Positions 35,195 to 45,393 are shown, counted from the stretch's first letter. The stretch: 64,000 nucleotides of DNA from an uncultured Dehalococcoidales bacterium (GCA_964536925.1 CAZHZF010000007.1:5237-69236), one strand, 5' to 3'. A program made the numbers and translations. Notes: generated from the sequence alone by a model not told the origin.

Positions 35195-36318
35195 CAACCG
35201 GCTCCCATACGGGAGTGAGGTAAAAGAGAACCCGAAGATCTATCCGATAGCTCCATTACAGGGCGCCGCTCCTGCTGCTGTTGTTGCTGCTGCGGCGCGA
35301 AGCTGGGCCTGCCGGGCACGCGGACGCGCTCGTCGCGCAGGAAGAAGGTGTGCGCGAGTGCGCGCTCCGCCTCCCAGGCTCTGCCGCGCACGCTCTCAAG
35401 GAAGGTGTTGAGGGTCGGGACCGCGAGATCGGTCGGCGAGGCAAACTCGATGAGGGCGCGGACCGCGGCCAGGATGCGATCGGGTCCTCGGCCGGCGGTG
35501 CCCTCGCGTACGAGGCCGCGTGCCTCCTCGGCAGCGCGCCCGATGCACCAGAGCGCCGAGCGTGGGAATGTCGGGTTCTGGAGCATGAATTCCACGACGC
35601 TGGTCGGTTCCACCGGTGATGCGTAATAGCGGCGGTATGCCTCGAATCCGCTGCACATCTTCAGAAGTGACGCGCAGCGCAGCAGATCCGGCTCGCCATC
35701 CTCGGCCGTCAGGCGAGGCGCCTTGATGTCCAGCAGGCGGATCGTGTTGATGCCCCGTTCCAGGGACTTTCCGAGCCGAATGAACGCTCCCCCTTCATCG
35801 TGGAGCATCGTCTCGTCGGCGATGCCGTGGAACAGGTGTGCGCCCTGCTTCACCGATTGAAGGAAGGCGTGGCTGTGTGTCTGCCAGGCGCCGGTCTCCA
35901 CATCGTGGCGGACGGCGCGATAGAGCGCGTTGATCTGCTCCCAGAGCTCGCTGGAAATCAGACCGCGCACGGCCCGGGCATTCTCGCGCGCGACCGTCAG
36001 GCAGGCGACGATCGCGCTCGCGTTGCCTGGATAGTGCACGACGAACCGGGAGACCCATTGCGCGTCGACCGGCCAGTTCGCCGGGTATTCGGCATCGTCG
36101 CGACAGAGCGCGACCATCTCGCGCCACTCGGCCGATCCGTCCGGAAGATCGAGAACCATCGTGCTGTGCACGTCGAGGAGACGCGCCACGTGCTCCGCCC
36201 GTTCGAGGAAGCGACCGATCCAGTAGAGCGCGTCGGCGACGCGGCTGAGGAGGGCCGGTGCGCTACTCGTCGTCGGCAAAGTCCGATCCGAGCACCCAGG
36301 TATCCTTGCTGCCCCCAC
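35194..36318 (-). CDS. alpha-E domain protein (DUF403-type)
   Basis: [29 protein letters not shown] is the hallmark N-terminus. The start may be TTG 36279 rather than 36318. The C-terminal tail carries Q7 and has low GC3. Confidence 0.85.
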   Translation of the reverse strand: MGAARIPGCSDRTLPTTSSAPALLSRVADALYWIGRFLERAEHVARLLDVHSTMVLDLPDGSAEWREMVALCRDDAEYPANWPVDAQWVSRFVVHYPGNASAIVACLTVARENARAVRGLISSELWEQINALYRAVRHDVETGAWQTHSHAFLQSVKQGAHLFHGIADETMLHDEGGAFIRLGKSLERGINTIRLLDIKAPRLTAEDGEPDLLRCASLLKMCSGFEAYRRYYASPVEPTSVVEFMLQNPTFPRSALWCIGRAAEEARGLVREGTAGRGPDRILAAVRALIEFASPTDLAVPTLNTFLESVRGRAWEAERALAHTFFLRDERVRVPGRPSFAPQQQQQQQERRPVMELSDRSSGSLLPHSRMGAG

Positions 36319-37762
36319 CCTGCGACGAGTTCACGATCAACGATCCGGCCTGGAGCGCAACCCTGGTCAGTCCTCCGGGCAGCACCCGGATTTGATCGCC
36401 GTACAGGACGTAGGGCCGCAGATCGACGTGGCGCGGCACCACGGTGTCCTCGGCAAAGGTGGGGTGGGTCGAGAGCGCCAGGGTAGGCTGCGCGATGTGA
36501 TTGCGCGGATCCGCCTTGAGGCGGTCGCGCACATCATCCAGTTCCGCCCGCGTCGCATGCGGCCCGATGACCATCCCGTATCCGCCGGAGTCGTTCGTCG
36601 TCTTGACGACAAGTTCGTCGAGATGTTCGAGGATGAACGGCAGATCCTCCTCGCCCAGGTAGGTGGGAACGTTCGGGAGGATCGGATCCTCGCCGGTGTA
36701 GAACTTCACGATCCGCGGGACATAGGCGTACACCGCCTTGTCGTCCGCCACCCCCACGCCGATGGAGTTGGCGATGGTCACGTTGCCGAGTCGAGCCGCG
36801 TTGACCAGCCCCGCCGCACCCAGCAGGGAGTCCGGGCGAAACGCCAGCGGGTCGAGAAAGTCATCGTCGATCCGCCGGTAGATCACGTCGACGCGCCTGA
36901 GACCGCGCGTCGTCCGCATATAGACGATGGAATCATCGACGATGAGATCCTGGCCCTCGACGAGTTCGATTCCCATCGCCTTGGCGAGATAGGTGTGCTC
37001 GAAGTACGCCGAGTTGTAGATACCGGGCGTGAGCAGACCGATGGTCGGCTCATCTGAACGTCCCGGTGCGACGTAGCGCAGCGTCCGGAGGAGATCCTGT
37101 GGATAGAACTCCACCGGGCGCACGTTGTAGGCGGAGAACAGGCCGGGGAAGACCCACTTCATCACCTGGCGATTCGCCAGCAGGTAGCTGACGCCAGAAG
37201 GGGAGCGCAGGTTGTCCTCGAGGACGAACATGTCTCCACGCTCGTCCCGCACCAGGTCCGACCCGACCACGTGAATGTAGATCCCCCGTGGCACCGTGAA
37301 GCCCATGAACTCCGGTCGATAGAACCGCGCCGAGAGGATCAGTTCGGCGGGGATGACGCCTTCGGCGATGATCCGCTGCCCGTGGTAGATGTCGTCGACG
37401 AATGCGTTCAAGGCCCAGATCCGCTGGCGGAGACCCGCCTCGATCCTCTCCCACTTGCGTCGCGTCAGGATGCGGGGGATCGGGTCGAAGGGAAAGATCC
37501 GTTCGATTCCCGCTTCATCGCGATACACCGTGAAGGTGACGCCCTGATTCATGAATGCGAGTTCGAGGCGCGAGCGTCGGTCGGCGAGTTCATCCAAGGA
37601 CAGCTCGGAGAGCGCCCGAACGAGTGCGCGGTAGTGTGCGCGTGGCACTCCGGATGCAGAGAACCCCTCGTCGTAGAAAGAGGCCGGTGTGTAAGCCTCG
37701 ATCGGCGAGTGCGCGGCGGTAGGCGCCGGGTCCGCGGCGGTCGCAGCCAGCCTTTCGACCAT
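36263..37762 (-). CDS. circularly permuted type-2 ATP-grasp protein
   Basis: The track ORF runs 36263-39052 (929 aa), but its first 430 aa are Arg/Ser-rich and overlap plus-strand genes. Met431 (37762) gives a 499-aa protein ([11 protein letters not shown]...[23 protein letters not shown]...) of the family's usual size. Confidence 0.9.
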   Translation of the reverse strand: MVERLAATAADPAPTAAHSPIEAYTPASFYDEGFSASGVPRAHYRALVRALSELSLDELADRRSRLELAFMNQGVTFTVYRDEAGIERIFPFDPIPRILTRRKWERIEAGLRQRIWALNAFVDDIYHGQRIIAEGVIPAELILSARFYRPEFMGFTVPRGIYIHVVGSDLVRDERGDMFVLEDNLRSPSGVSYLLANRQVMKWVFPGLFSAYNVRPVEFYPQDLLRTLRYVAPGRSDEPTIGLLTPGIYNSAYFEHTYLAKAMGIELVEGQDLIVDDSIVYMRTTRGLRRVDVIYRRIDDDFLDPLAFRPDSLLGAAGLVNAARLGNVTIANSIGVGVADDKAVYAYVPRIVKFYTGEDPILPNVPTYLGEEDLPFILEHLDELVVKTTNDSGGYGMVIGPHATRAELDDVRDRLKADPRNHIAQPTLALSTHPTFAEDTVVPRHVDLRPYVLYGDQIRVLPGGLTRVALQAGSLIVNSSQGGGSKDTWVLGSDFADDE

Positions 37763-37771
37763 CGCCGGCCG

Positions 37772-37777
37772 ATTGTA
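37772..37777 (-). promoter_or_regulatory. candidate -10 element TACAAT (near-leaderless ATP-grasp operon transcript)
   Basis: The minus strand reads cccatcTACAATcggccggcgATG. The hexamer ends 9 nt before the ATG at 37762 and there is no Shine-Dalgarno in between. Confidence 0.3.
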
Positions 37778-37930
37778 GATGGGTCTCCCACGCCTTCCCC
37801 CTGTGCGCGGCCGACAGAAGTCAGGGGTCCGCGGCGGTGCGTCCGCGCCACCGACGCCAGAGTCGCGATTTCGCCGCGCTGGCGCCAGACCAGCGGACGG
37901 CGAGTACGCGCGGGCGGTATCCTGTCTGAC

Positions 37931-38428
37931 ATGCTGCGCGATCGCGTTCGCTCGCTTGCGCGCAGACTCGACGAATCGGCACGCAGGTATCCGCTCATCG
38001 CGGCGCTCGCACCGCTCGGACTCGTCGCGATCGTCAGCCTCGCCACGATCGGCGTCGCTCCCACCGCCCGCTATCGCGAGATCAGCGCTCCGTCGACGGC
38101 GACCGTGCCGCTGATCGGCGAGGAAGTGCCGCCGCGCTTCATCACCCCCACTATCCTGGTGACGCGCGTGACCTGGGATCGCACCGCGATCGAACTCGCC
38201 GGAGCGGCGCAGGGCCGCACCGTCTGGTACGTCGTCGCGAACACCCAGGGTGCCGGTGAGTACTTGCGTGGCCGGGCGCTCCTGACCGATCGGCGGCAGT
38301 TGCTGCCGGAGGGCGCGCTCCTGGCACAGGTCTCGGTGAGTATCGACCCGACGTGGCGTCACGTCTGGGTCATGCCGGACGGCCCCAGCGGCTGGATCCC
38401 CGCGGACTTCGTGGCGGAGATGCCGTGA
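37931..38428 (+). CDS. hypothetical membrane-anchored protein
   Basis: ORF 37271-38428. Met221 (37931) gives [41 protein letters not shown] (a TM helix) and a 110-aa C-terminal domain ending [12 protein letters not shown]. No family assigned. Confidence 0.55.
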   Translation: MLRDRVRSLARRLDESARRYPLIAALAPLGLVAIVSLATIGVAPTARYREISAPSTATVPLIGEEVPPRFITPTILVTRVTWDRTAIELAGAAQGRTVWYVVANTQGAGEYLRGRALLTDRRQLLPEGALLAQVSVSIDPTWRHVWVMPDGPSGWIPADFVAEMP

Positions 38429-38449
38429 TCCGGCACTGACGCGGGGCGG

Positions 38450-38484
38450 AATTCGCCGCGAATTGCCCAAATTCCCTTCTAGAA
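38450..38484. promoter_or_regulatory. two AT-rich perfect palindromes upstream of the sigma-factor gene
   Basis: AATTCGC-C-GCGAATT (38450-38464; 7-bp arms) and TTCTAGAA (38477-38484) lie in the 205-bp intergenic region. They are conspicuously AT-rich for this genome. Confidence 0.3.
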
Positions 38485-38633
38485 ATCGGTCCGCGCCGGC
38501 CGTACTATTGCGCGCCGAGAGAACGTCGCGGCGCGATGAGGACGCTCGTCGCGTTCGTGTGTTGCACGACCGCGCGCAGCGTCCGCGATGAGGCTGGAGT
38601 CGTGGGCGCCGAATCTTCACGCCCAGGAGTTCG

Positions 38634-39599
38634 ATGTTCGATCGCGTCCTCGTCGATCCGGATCGCACTGGCATCGTCGCCCCCACGCGCGTCGCGGCAC
38701 ACCCGGCCGAGCCGGCCCCTCCTCCCGAAGAGGATCCCGTTGAGCTCGACGCGCTGGCTCTGCTCCTTCGCGACATCCCCAAGGGGCCACTTCTCACCGC
38801 GGCACAGGAGTGGACGCTGGCCCGGCGCATGCGCGGCGAGGATGTCGAGGTGCCTCCGCCGGGCAATCCCCGTCCCACGGTCCGGGAGGCGCACGATCGC
38901 CTGATCGAGGAGAACATGCGCCTCGTCATATCCGTCGCGCGCAAATACCTCGGCCGTGGGCTGCCACTGGAGGATCTCATCCAGGAGGGCGCGCTCGGCC
39001 TCCGCCGCGCCGCCGAGAAGTTCGATCCCGACCGGGGATTCCGGTTCTCCACCTACGCGACGTGGTGGGTGCGCCAGGCGGTCGGTCGATCGCTGATGGA
39101 TGACGGTCGAGTCGTGCGCGTCCCGGTACATATGGTCGGGCGCATCGGCCAGATCGCCCGCGCCGAAGAGGAACTGCGCCTCCGCCTCGGGCGCCGCCCG
39201 TCCACCGCCGAGACGGCGGCCGAGGTGAACCTCACGGTCGCCCAGGTCGAGGATGCGATCCGCGCGACCCACCAGCCGATCTCGCTCGAGAAGCCCATCG
39301 GCGAGGATGACGGAACGCTGGGCGACATCGTCGCCGATTCAGGTCCGCCGCCGGATGAGCAGGCCGAGCATCACTGCCTGCTGGAAGACGTGCGCCGTGC
39401 GCTCAGACAGCTGGGCGAACGCGAGCAAGTGGTCCTGTCGCTGCGATTCGGGATCGGATGCGATCGATCGCATTCGCTGGAGGAGGCCGGCAAGGTTCTG
39501 GGCGTGACGCGGGAGCGCGCGCGTCAGATCGAGGCACAGGCTCTCGGGCGCCTTCGCGACGATCCGATCGTCCGGCGCCTCCAGGCATATCTCACCTGA
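38634..39599 (+). CDS. RNA polymerase sigma-70 family factor (regions 2, 3 and 4 present; group 1/2-like without long region 1.1)
   Basis: [61 protein letters not shown] (region 2), VRVPVHM (region 3), [28 protein letters not shown] (region 4.2). Confidence 0.9.
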   Translation: MFDRVLVDPDRTGIVAPTRVAAHPAEPAPPPEEDPVELDALALLLRDIPKGPLLTAAQEWTLARRMRGEDVEVPPPGNPRPTVREAHDRLIEENMRLVISVARKYLGRGLPLEDLIQEGALGLRRAAEKFDPDRGFRFSTYATWWVRQAVGRSLMDDGRVVRVPVHMVGRIGQIARAEEELRLRLGRRPSTAETAAEVNLTVAQVEDAIRATHQPISLEKPIGEDDGTLGDIVADSGPPPDEQAEHHCLLEDVRRALRQLGEREQVVLSLRFGIGCDRSHSLEEAGKVLGVTRERARQIEAQALGRLRDDPIVRRLQAYLT

Positions 39600-40672
39600 T
39601 CGGCAGCTGGTACTGCGTTCCGGAGGCGGAACTCGACGCCGCGGCCGTGGCGCGCTACGCCGCGGCCGGCTTCACACACTTCCAGAGTCTGGATGGCCAG
39701 GATGGCTCCTGGCGACCCTACTCCCCCGCTGGCAACGCTCGCGCCCTGGAGTACTGCGCCCGGGCGGGTATTCGCTGCTTCGTCGCCGACGACCGGATCT
39801 ACCGTGGTGACCGGCCCCTGCCGGCGGATCGCGCGCCGCGTCGGGTCGATGTCGCCGCGGCGCTGGCCGAGTACGCGCGCCATCCCGCCTGCGCAGGCTT
39901 TCTCATCTACGACGAGCCGAGCCCACACGCCTTCGGCGCCCTTGCGGAGGTCTGCGCGTGGATGGCCGAGGATGCGCCGGAAGCCATCCCGCTCATCCCC
40001 CTCTTCCCCATGCACGCGGATCCGCGTTTTCCCGACGCGTTCGAGGGGCTCTCCTACGAACAGTACCTCGAGGGCTACCTGACCCAGACCGGGGCCGGCG
40101 CGCTCGCGTACGACTACTACCCCTTCTTCGATCCGAGCCATCGCATGCCGGAGTACCTCACGAACTTCGCGCTCGCGCGTGAGGTCGCGCGCCGACGGGG
40201 TGTCCCACTCTGGTACTACGCCGGCATCGTGCGTCCGGCCGGTGCGGATCCGCCCACACCCGCCCGGATCCGCTTCCAGGTCAATCTCGCGCTGGCGCAC
40301 GGCGCGCGCGCGATCTTCCACTACACCTACCGGACGCCTCCGGGCGACACGATGGGCCCTATCCGGATGGATGGCACGGTGGACGAGGAGCGCTGGAACG
40401 CGATGCGGGCGATCAATCTGGAGACTGCCGCGCTCCTGGACGCGACCGCGGGATGGAGCGTCGAGGCGGTGATTCACAGTTCCGCGGGGGATGTCATCGT
40501 GGAGGAGGGGGCCTCCCTCGCGCTGTTCGCCCGCGATCGCGAGCGGCTCGCGTTCCTGGTGAATCGCGAGGTCGCCAGCGAAGGGGTGCGCAAAGTCCGC
40601 GTTCAGATCGCTGGGTGGACGGGCAGCGCCGCGCTTGACCCGGGCGGAGCGCGGCTGCTCAGGGTCGACTGA
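39596..40672 (+). CDS. GH42-like TIM-barrel glycosidase-family protein (distant; function uncertain)
   Basis: The track ORF begins at 39458 inside the sigma gene with Arg-rich sequence. The plausible N-terminus [13 protein letters not shown] starts at a CTG (39596) that overlaps the sigma stop as CTGA; the alternative is GTG 39647. [15 protein letters not shown] and [16 protein letters not shown] resemble GH42 signatures. Confidence 0.55.
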   Translation: MIGSWYCVPEAELDAAAVARYAAAGFTHFQSLDGQDGSWRPYSPAGNARALEYCARAGIRCFVADDRIYRGDRPLPADRAPRRVDVAAALAEYARHPACAGFLIYDEPSPHAFGALAEVCAWMAEDAPEAIPLIPLFPMHADPRFPDAFEGLSYEQYLEGYLTQTGAGALAYDYYPFFDPSHRMPEYLTNFALAREVARRRGVPLWYYAGIVRPAGADPPTPARIRFQVNLALAHGARAIFHYTYRTPPGDTMGPIRMDGTVDEERWNAMRAINLETAALLDATAGWSVEAVIHSSAGDVIVEEGASLALFARDRERLAFLVNREVASEGVRKVRVQIAGWTGSAALDPGGARLLRVD

Positions 40673-40678
40673 GCCTGT

Positions 40679-42817
40679 TTGTCTCGCGCCCACGCGCGAG
40701 GCCAGACTTGTCCCGCGGTGCGCTCTCTGGACCTGCCGGCGGTGCCCCTGGTCGGCGAGGCTTGGTGGCAGGCGGTGCGGCGCACGCTCGAGCGGTTTCC
40801 ATACCGCGACACACCGGGATCGCGCGACCTTCGCCTCGATCTCCTCCGTGGCTATTGCGTGTTCATGATGGTCGTCGACCACGTCGATGTGTGGTCGCCG
40901 CTCCTGATGCTGACGGGCGGCAACCACTTCTTCGTCTCGGCGGCCGAGGGCTTCGTGTTCGTGTCCGGGCTGGTCATGGGTCTGGTCTACCGTCGCATCA
41001 TCGCCCGGCGCGGCCTGCTCGCGGCGACCGGGAAGGCGCTCGGCCGCGCCGCGAAGTTGTACCTGCTCACCGTGGTGACGTCGGTCGGCTTCATGTATCT
41101 CTCCGCAGGTCTCGCACTCCCCTGGGCCGCGGGACTCGATCTTCCCGAAGATGCGCTCCGGGCGATCAGGCTCGAGAAGGCCTTCTACCTCACCGACGTG
41201 CTCGTGCTCTACACGATCCTGGTCGCGATCGCTCCGCTCGTGTTCGCGGCACTGTCGCACGGGCGACCGTGGCTGGCGATCGGAGTCAGCGTCGGCCTCT
41301 GGGGGGTTCACCAGTTCTGGAATCTCACGTTGCCCTGGCCGGCCGAAGGAGGCTTCTACTACGTCGCGGCGTGGCAGTTGCTCTTCGTCGTCGGGCTCGT
41401 TCTCGGCTGGCATAAGAACGAACTGGCGCGCTTCGGCGCGATCGCGCGGGCGCCCCTGAGTCTGGCGGCTATCTGCTTGCTGGCGATCGGTTTCATCTGG
41501 TTCTCGGGGCAGACACACCTGCTCGATCCCTTCACCGCGGAGACAGGCGCGACCGTCACCGACATCTTCGCCAAGTGGAATCTGCCGCCGCTACGGCTGC
41601 TTGCCTGCGCCGTGTTCTTCCTCGGTGGGTTCCTTCTGGTGGATCGGCTGTGGCGCCCGATCCATCGGCTGGCCGGCGATTTCCTGTTGCGCCTGGGCGC
41701 AACCGCTCTGCCCGCCTACATCGCCCATCTTCCGATCGTCGCGATCGCCAGTTCCTATCGGGCGACCTTTCTGCCGACGGTGCCGACTGCTGCGCAAGGC
41801 GCCGCTCTGCAGATCGCCGTGCTCGGCGTCGTGATGCTCGTCGTGCTGGCGTGGGAGGCGATCCCGACCCTCGGCTATCGCCTCCGACGCGTCCTGACCG
41901 ACCCGCGTCTGATCCCGAACGCCGTTGGCGTGGTGGTTCTGACGGTATTCGTCGGCGTGGTTGGCGCCCAGCCGTTCCTCGTGGAGAGCGACGCGCGCTT
42001 CATCGCGGTCCCCGACGATCGTGGCCAGATCGACCGCCCGCGTTACCAACTCTACGTGCCGCCCGATGCTCTCGCGCGCCAGCCGCTGACGCTCGTCCTG
42101 GTCGTCACGGAGCCCGGTCTGGAGGCGGACCTGATCGCGCGTGACCTCACCGAGGCGGCCGAGGACTTCGGGTGGATTCTCGTCGCACCCCATGTCGAAT
42201 TCAGCACGGACCTCTCCGCGGTCGAGGCCGCGCGGCGTGACTTCCCGGGGCAGTACCGGGGCATTGCCGACATCGTCGCGAGTGTTCCGGAGACGACCGG
42301 CCTCCGCGTCAACCCCGATATCAGCATTATCGGCGTGGGTCGCGCCGCTGCCCTGGCCCAGCGCTACGCGCTCGTGCAGGCAGCCGAAGTGCGCGCGGTG
42401 GCGCTGCTTTCGGGCTCCCGGTACACGGTGCCGCCCATGGCGCAGGTGATCGCGCCACCCGCGTTCCCGGTGGGTACAGCCGGCATGGAACGCCTGACCG
42501 AGCGACCGATCGATGAGGCCGAGGTGCGGCGCACACGATACTGGATCGGTGTGGGCGCGGAGGATGTCGCGCCTCTCGCCGCGAGTCCAGAATGGGATCG
42601 ACATCTGGGCACCAACCGGCTCGAGCGCGCGGTGAGACTCACCACGATCCTGCGCGAGGGCGGAGCGAACGTCGAGTTCGCGCTCTTCCCGGGCGCAGGT
42701 TCCGAGATCGCGGCGCAGGCCCGGGCCTCGGCGATCCGCTTCCTGCGCTTCGCCAGCGCCACCGGGCCCGATCTCCAGCCGCCCACTCCGCGGGCTGAAC
42801 CGCCGCCGATCAGCTGA
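40679..42817 (+). CDS. OpgC-like membrane domain fused to a C-terminal alpha/beta-hydrolase-like domain
   Basis: The N-terminus has RDLRLDLLRGYCVFMMVVDHV plus about 10 TM helices (OpgC/acyltransferase-3-like). The C-terminal approx 280 aa resemble an esterase fold (TLVLVVTEPG...ISIIGVGRAAALAQRYAL...FALFPGAGSEI), but the nucleophile-elbow position reads G-V-G-R-A, with no Ser. Confidence 0.75.
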   Translation: MSRAHARGQTCPAVRSLDLPAVPLVGEAWWQAVRRTLERFPYRDTPGSRDLRLDLLRGYCVFMMVVDHVDVWSPLLMLTGGNHFFVSAAEGFVFVSGLVMGLVYRRIIARRGLLAATGKALGRAAKLYLLTVVTSVGFMYLSAGLALPWAAGLDLPEDALRAIRLEKAFYLTDVLVLYTILVAIAPLVFAALSHGRPWLAIGVSVGLWGVHQFWNLTLPWPAEGGFYYVAAWQLLFVVGLVLGWHKNELARFGAIARAPLSLAAICLLAIGFIWFSGQTHLLDPFTAETGATVTDIFAKWNLPPLRLLACAVFFLGGFLLVDRLWRPIHRLAGDFLLRLGATALPAYIAHLPIVAIASSYRATFLPTVPTAAQGAALQIAVLGVVMLVVLAWEAIPTLGYRLRRVLTDPRLIPNAVGVVVLTVFVGVVGAQPFLVESDARFIAVPDDRGQIDRPRYQLYVPPDALARQPLTLVLVVTEPGLEADLIARDLTEAAEDFGWILVAPHVEFSTDLSAVEAARRDFPGQYRGIADIVASVPETTGLRVNPDISIIGVGRAAALAQRYALVQAAEVRAVALLSGSRYTVPPMAQVIAPPAFPVGTAGMERLTERPIDEAEVRRTRYWIGVGAEDVAPLAASPEWDRHLGTNRLERAVRLTTILREGGANVEFALFPGAGSEIAAQARASAIRFLRFASATGPDLQPPTPRAEPPPIS

Positions 42818-43862
42818 GCGGTGCCAGCGCGGCCGCCAGACGCAGGCGCGCGGCCGCCGCGGCCGGTAGGCTCTCGGTCCCGCCGCGCACTCTATCTGCA
42901 TCCGCCATCCACGCCTCGAGGTGCTCGAGCGCACCGGCCACCGCTCCCCAGATCGCGGCTGCGCGGCAGAGCGACAATCGATCGCCTCCTGGCACCGAGC
43001 TCCCTCCGATCGCCTCGAAGTACGCGTCGAGTGCCCGGCGTGCGACCGCGCCGCGCGGCCCATGAAGGGGCGGGCCATCGGACAGATCCAGGTACTGCAG
43101 ATCGAGGAACGCTGGTCCAGGCGCGGCGAGTTCCCAGTCGAGGACGCGCACCCTGCCGCCCTGCAGGAGCCAGTTGCCGACGTGATAGTCGCCGTGGAGC
43201 AGGCTCTCCCACGCGCCGTCGAGGAGCGATAGTCCCAGGCCCACACCCCAATCCCGGATCTGCCGCGCCCGCAGTACATCATCGCCGGTCAGTTCCCAGG
43301 CACGGGGCGACCGGCGCGCGCGATCGACAGTCTCGACGAGGCGGTCCAGAGCATCGCGCCGCTCCCGCAGGGTTCGGGTGAGCGGCGACGATCCCAGCCC
43401 GCATGCCGACGCCTGCGATCCGCCGATGCGTGCCTGATGGTGGCGATGCACGTCGCCGAGGTGATGGAACACGGCCTCCATCAGGGCACGATCTCTCAGG
43501 GGCGGGCGTGTCGCGCCACAGTCTTCCAGGAGGACCCAGCCCTGGGCGCTCGATGCCAGAAGGCGCGGCGAGCCGTCGACCGCCGGGTCGAGGATCCCGG
43601 CGGTGTAGAGCGCCGCCTCGCTGCCATTGGCGAGCATGCCCCGCGTCTTGAGGATCGCCGTGGGCGGATCGCCGCCGTGGAGGTGGATGCGTTCGATACC
43701 GGGTCGCAGGCTCTCGCGCCGGTCGACCGGCCGACCGATGGCGCGGCCGATCGCCTCATCGCTCGGCCTGACCACGGACGCGCCCCCACGCTGGGTGTCG
43801 ACGCGCGACGAACCTGCGCCGGGGTCCACCAGCCAGCTATGGGAGCCGCGGAAGTCACCCAT
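42810..43862 (-). CDS. phosphotransferase (APH/choline-kinase-like) family protein
   Basis: LLHGDYHVGNWLLQGGRVRVLDWELAAPGPAFLDL matches the HGD-x4-N ... DWE catalytic signature. Confidence 0.8.
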   Translation of the reverse strand: MGDFRGSHSWLVDPGAGSSRVDTQRGGASVVRPSDEAIGRAIGRPVDRRESLRPGIERIHLHGGDPPTAILKTRGMLANGSEAALYTAGILDPAVDGSPRLLASSAQGWVLLEDCGATRPPLRDRALMEAVFHHLGDVHRHHQARIGGSQASACGLGSSPLTRTLRERRDALDRLVETVDRARRSPRAWELTGDDVLRARQIRDWGVGLGLSLLDGAWESLLHGDYHVGNWLLQGGRVRVLDWELAAPGPAFLDLQYLDLSDGPPLHGPRGAVARRALDAYFEAIGGSSVPGGDRLSLCRAAAIWGAVAGALEHLEAWMADADRVRGGTESLPAAAAARLRLAAALAPLS

Positions 43863-43896
43863 CCGCGACCCCTGCCACCGGTTCCCGACCGCTCGG

Positions 43897-45360
43897 CTAG
43901 ATGCCGATCGAGACGGCCTTGGTCTCCATGAAATGATGGATGCCGTCGGACCCGTTCTCGCGCCCCAGTCCAGACTGCTTGTACCCGCCGAACGGGATGT
44001 GCGCGCCCACGGGCACGGGATCGTTCACACCGACGATGCCGTAGTCGAGTCTCTCCGAGACACGGAAGATCCGTCCCACGTCGCGAGCGTAGAAGTAGGC
44101 CGCGAGGCCGAACGGAGTATCGTTGGCCAGTCGGATCGCCTCATCCTCGGTCTCGAAGGTCGCGATCGGGAGCACCGGGCCGAACGTCTCCTCGTACATC
44201 ACCTTCATATCCGAAGTGGCCCGACCGAGCACGGTGGGCTGATAGAAGTGACCGGACAGCCCATCCCCGGGCCGCACCGGCGCCCCGCCGGCCAGCACCC
44301 GCGCCCCTTTGCCCACCGCGTCGGCGACGTGCTCCTCCACCTTCGCGAAGCCGCGCCGATCGATGAGCGGACCGATCTGCACTCCCTGGGCTGCGCCGTC
44401 ACCGACCTTGAGTCCACGCGTGATCTCGGCGACTCGCGCCTGAAACGTCTCCGCGACCGACGCCTGCACGTAGACACGATTGGTGCAGATGCAGGTTTGC
44501 CCGGCGTTGCGGAAGCGTGAGGCGACCACGGCCGCGGCCGCCTTCTCGATATCGGCGTCTTCGAAGACGATGGACGGGGCGTGCCCACCCAGTTCGAGCG
44601 AGACGCGTTTCACGGAGTCGGCGGCCAGGCCGAGCAGGGACTTGCCCACCTCGGTCGATCCGGTGAACGTGAGCTTCCGGACGAGCGGGTTGGTCGCCAT
44701 CTCGCGCCCCATCCCCGCCGAGTCGGTGCCGGTAACCAGATTGACGACTCCGGAGGGGAAGCCGACCTCCTCGAAGATGCGGAATACCTCAAAAGCGACG
44801 AGCGGCGTGGCGCGCGCCGGGCGCAGGATCGCGGTGCAGCCGGCCGCGAGCGCCGGACCCAGTTTGCGCGTAACCATGCTGAACGGGAAGTTCCACGGCG
44901 TGATCGCCGCGACCACCCCCACCGGCTGGCGGTAGGTCAGCACTCGGCGATCCGGTGCCGTAGGCGGTACGACCTCGCCGTAGGTGCGACGCCCCTCCTC
45001 GGCGTTCCACTGCAAGAACGCCGCACCGATGGTGACCTCACCGCGCGATTCCGCCAGGGGCTTGCCATTCTCACTCGTCAGCACCGCGGCGAGATGCTCG
45101 ACGCGCTCCACCATGAGCGCCGCGGCTTTCGTCAGGAGGGCGGCGCGCCGATCGGCTGTCGTGGCCGCCCACCCGGCGAAGGCGTGGTCGGCCGCCTCTA
45201 TCGCCTGCCGAACCTCGGCGACTCCACCATCACCCACATCGGCGAGATGCGCTCCCGTGGCCGGGTTGTTGACCGCGAACGTGCGTCCCCCCGGGGCCGC
45301 GTGCCACGCGCCATCGATGAAGAGCGATCGTGCCGCGAGCGCGGCCTGGGTCGTTGCCAT
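43897..45360 (-). CDS. NAD(P)-dependent aldehyde dehydrogenase, succinate-semialdehyde dehydrogenase-like
   Basis: ORF 43897-45564. Met69 (45360) is preceded by AAGGAGG. It contains FAVNNPATG, VSLELGGHAP and FRNAGQTCICTNRVYV (catalytic Cys). Length is 487 aa. Confidence 0.9.
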   Translation of the reverse strand: MATTQAALAARSLFIDGAWHAAPGGRTFAVNNPATGAHLADVGDGGVAEVRQAIEAADHAFAGWAATTADRRAALLTKAAALMVERVEHLAAVLTSENGKPLAESRGEVTIGAAFLQWNAEEGRRTYGEVVPPTAPDRRVLTYRQPVGVVAAITPWNFPFSMVTRKLGPALAAGCTAILRPARATPLVAFEVFRIFEEVGFPSGVVNLVTGTDSAGMGREMATNPLVRKLTFTGSTEVGKSLLGLAADSVKRVSLELGGHAPSIVFEDADIEKAAAAVVASRFRNAGQTCICTNRVYVQASVAETFQARVAEITRGLKVGDGAAQGVQIGPLIDRRGFAKVEEHVADAVGKGARVLAGGAPVRPGDGLSGHFYQPTVLGRATSDMKVMYEETFGPVLPIATFETEDEAIRLANDTPFGLAAYFYARDVGRIFRVSERLDYGIVGVNDPVPVGAHIPFGGYKQSGLGRENGSDGIHHFMETKAVSIGI

Positions 45361-45393
45361 AGATGTCGTCGCTGCCTCCTTGAAAGCCCCCTG

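Noticed and set aside
36263-39052. A 929-aa version of the ATP-grasp protein, and similar long N-terminal extensions of ino1 (to 29960), the HAD gene (to 32446), the aldehyde dehydrogenase (to 45564), the XDH large and small subunits, and the cyclase (from 59172).
   Set aside because: The extensions are Arg/Ser/Pro-rich, have poor GC3 or overlap neighbouring genes. Internal ATG/GTG codons with Shine-Dalgarno sequences or stop/start overlaps give proteins of the family-typical length.
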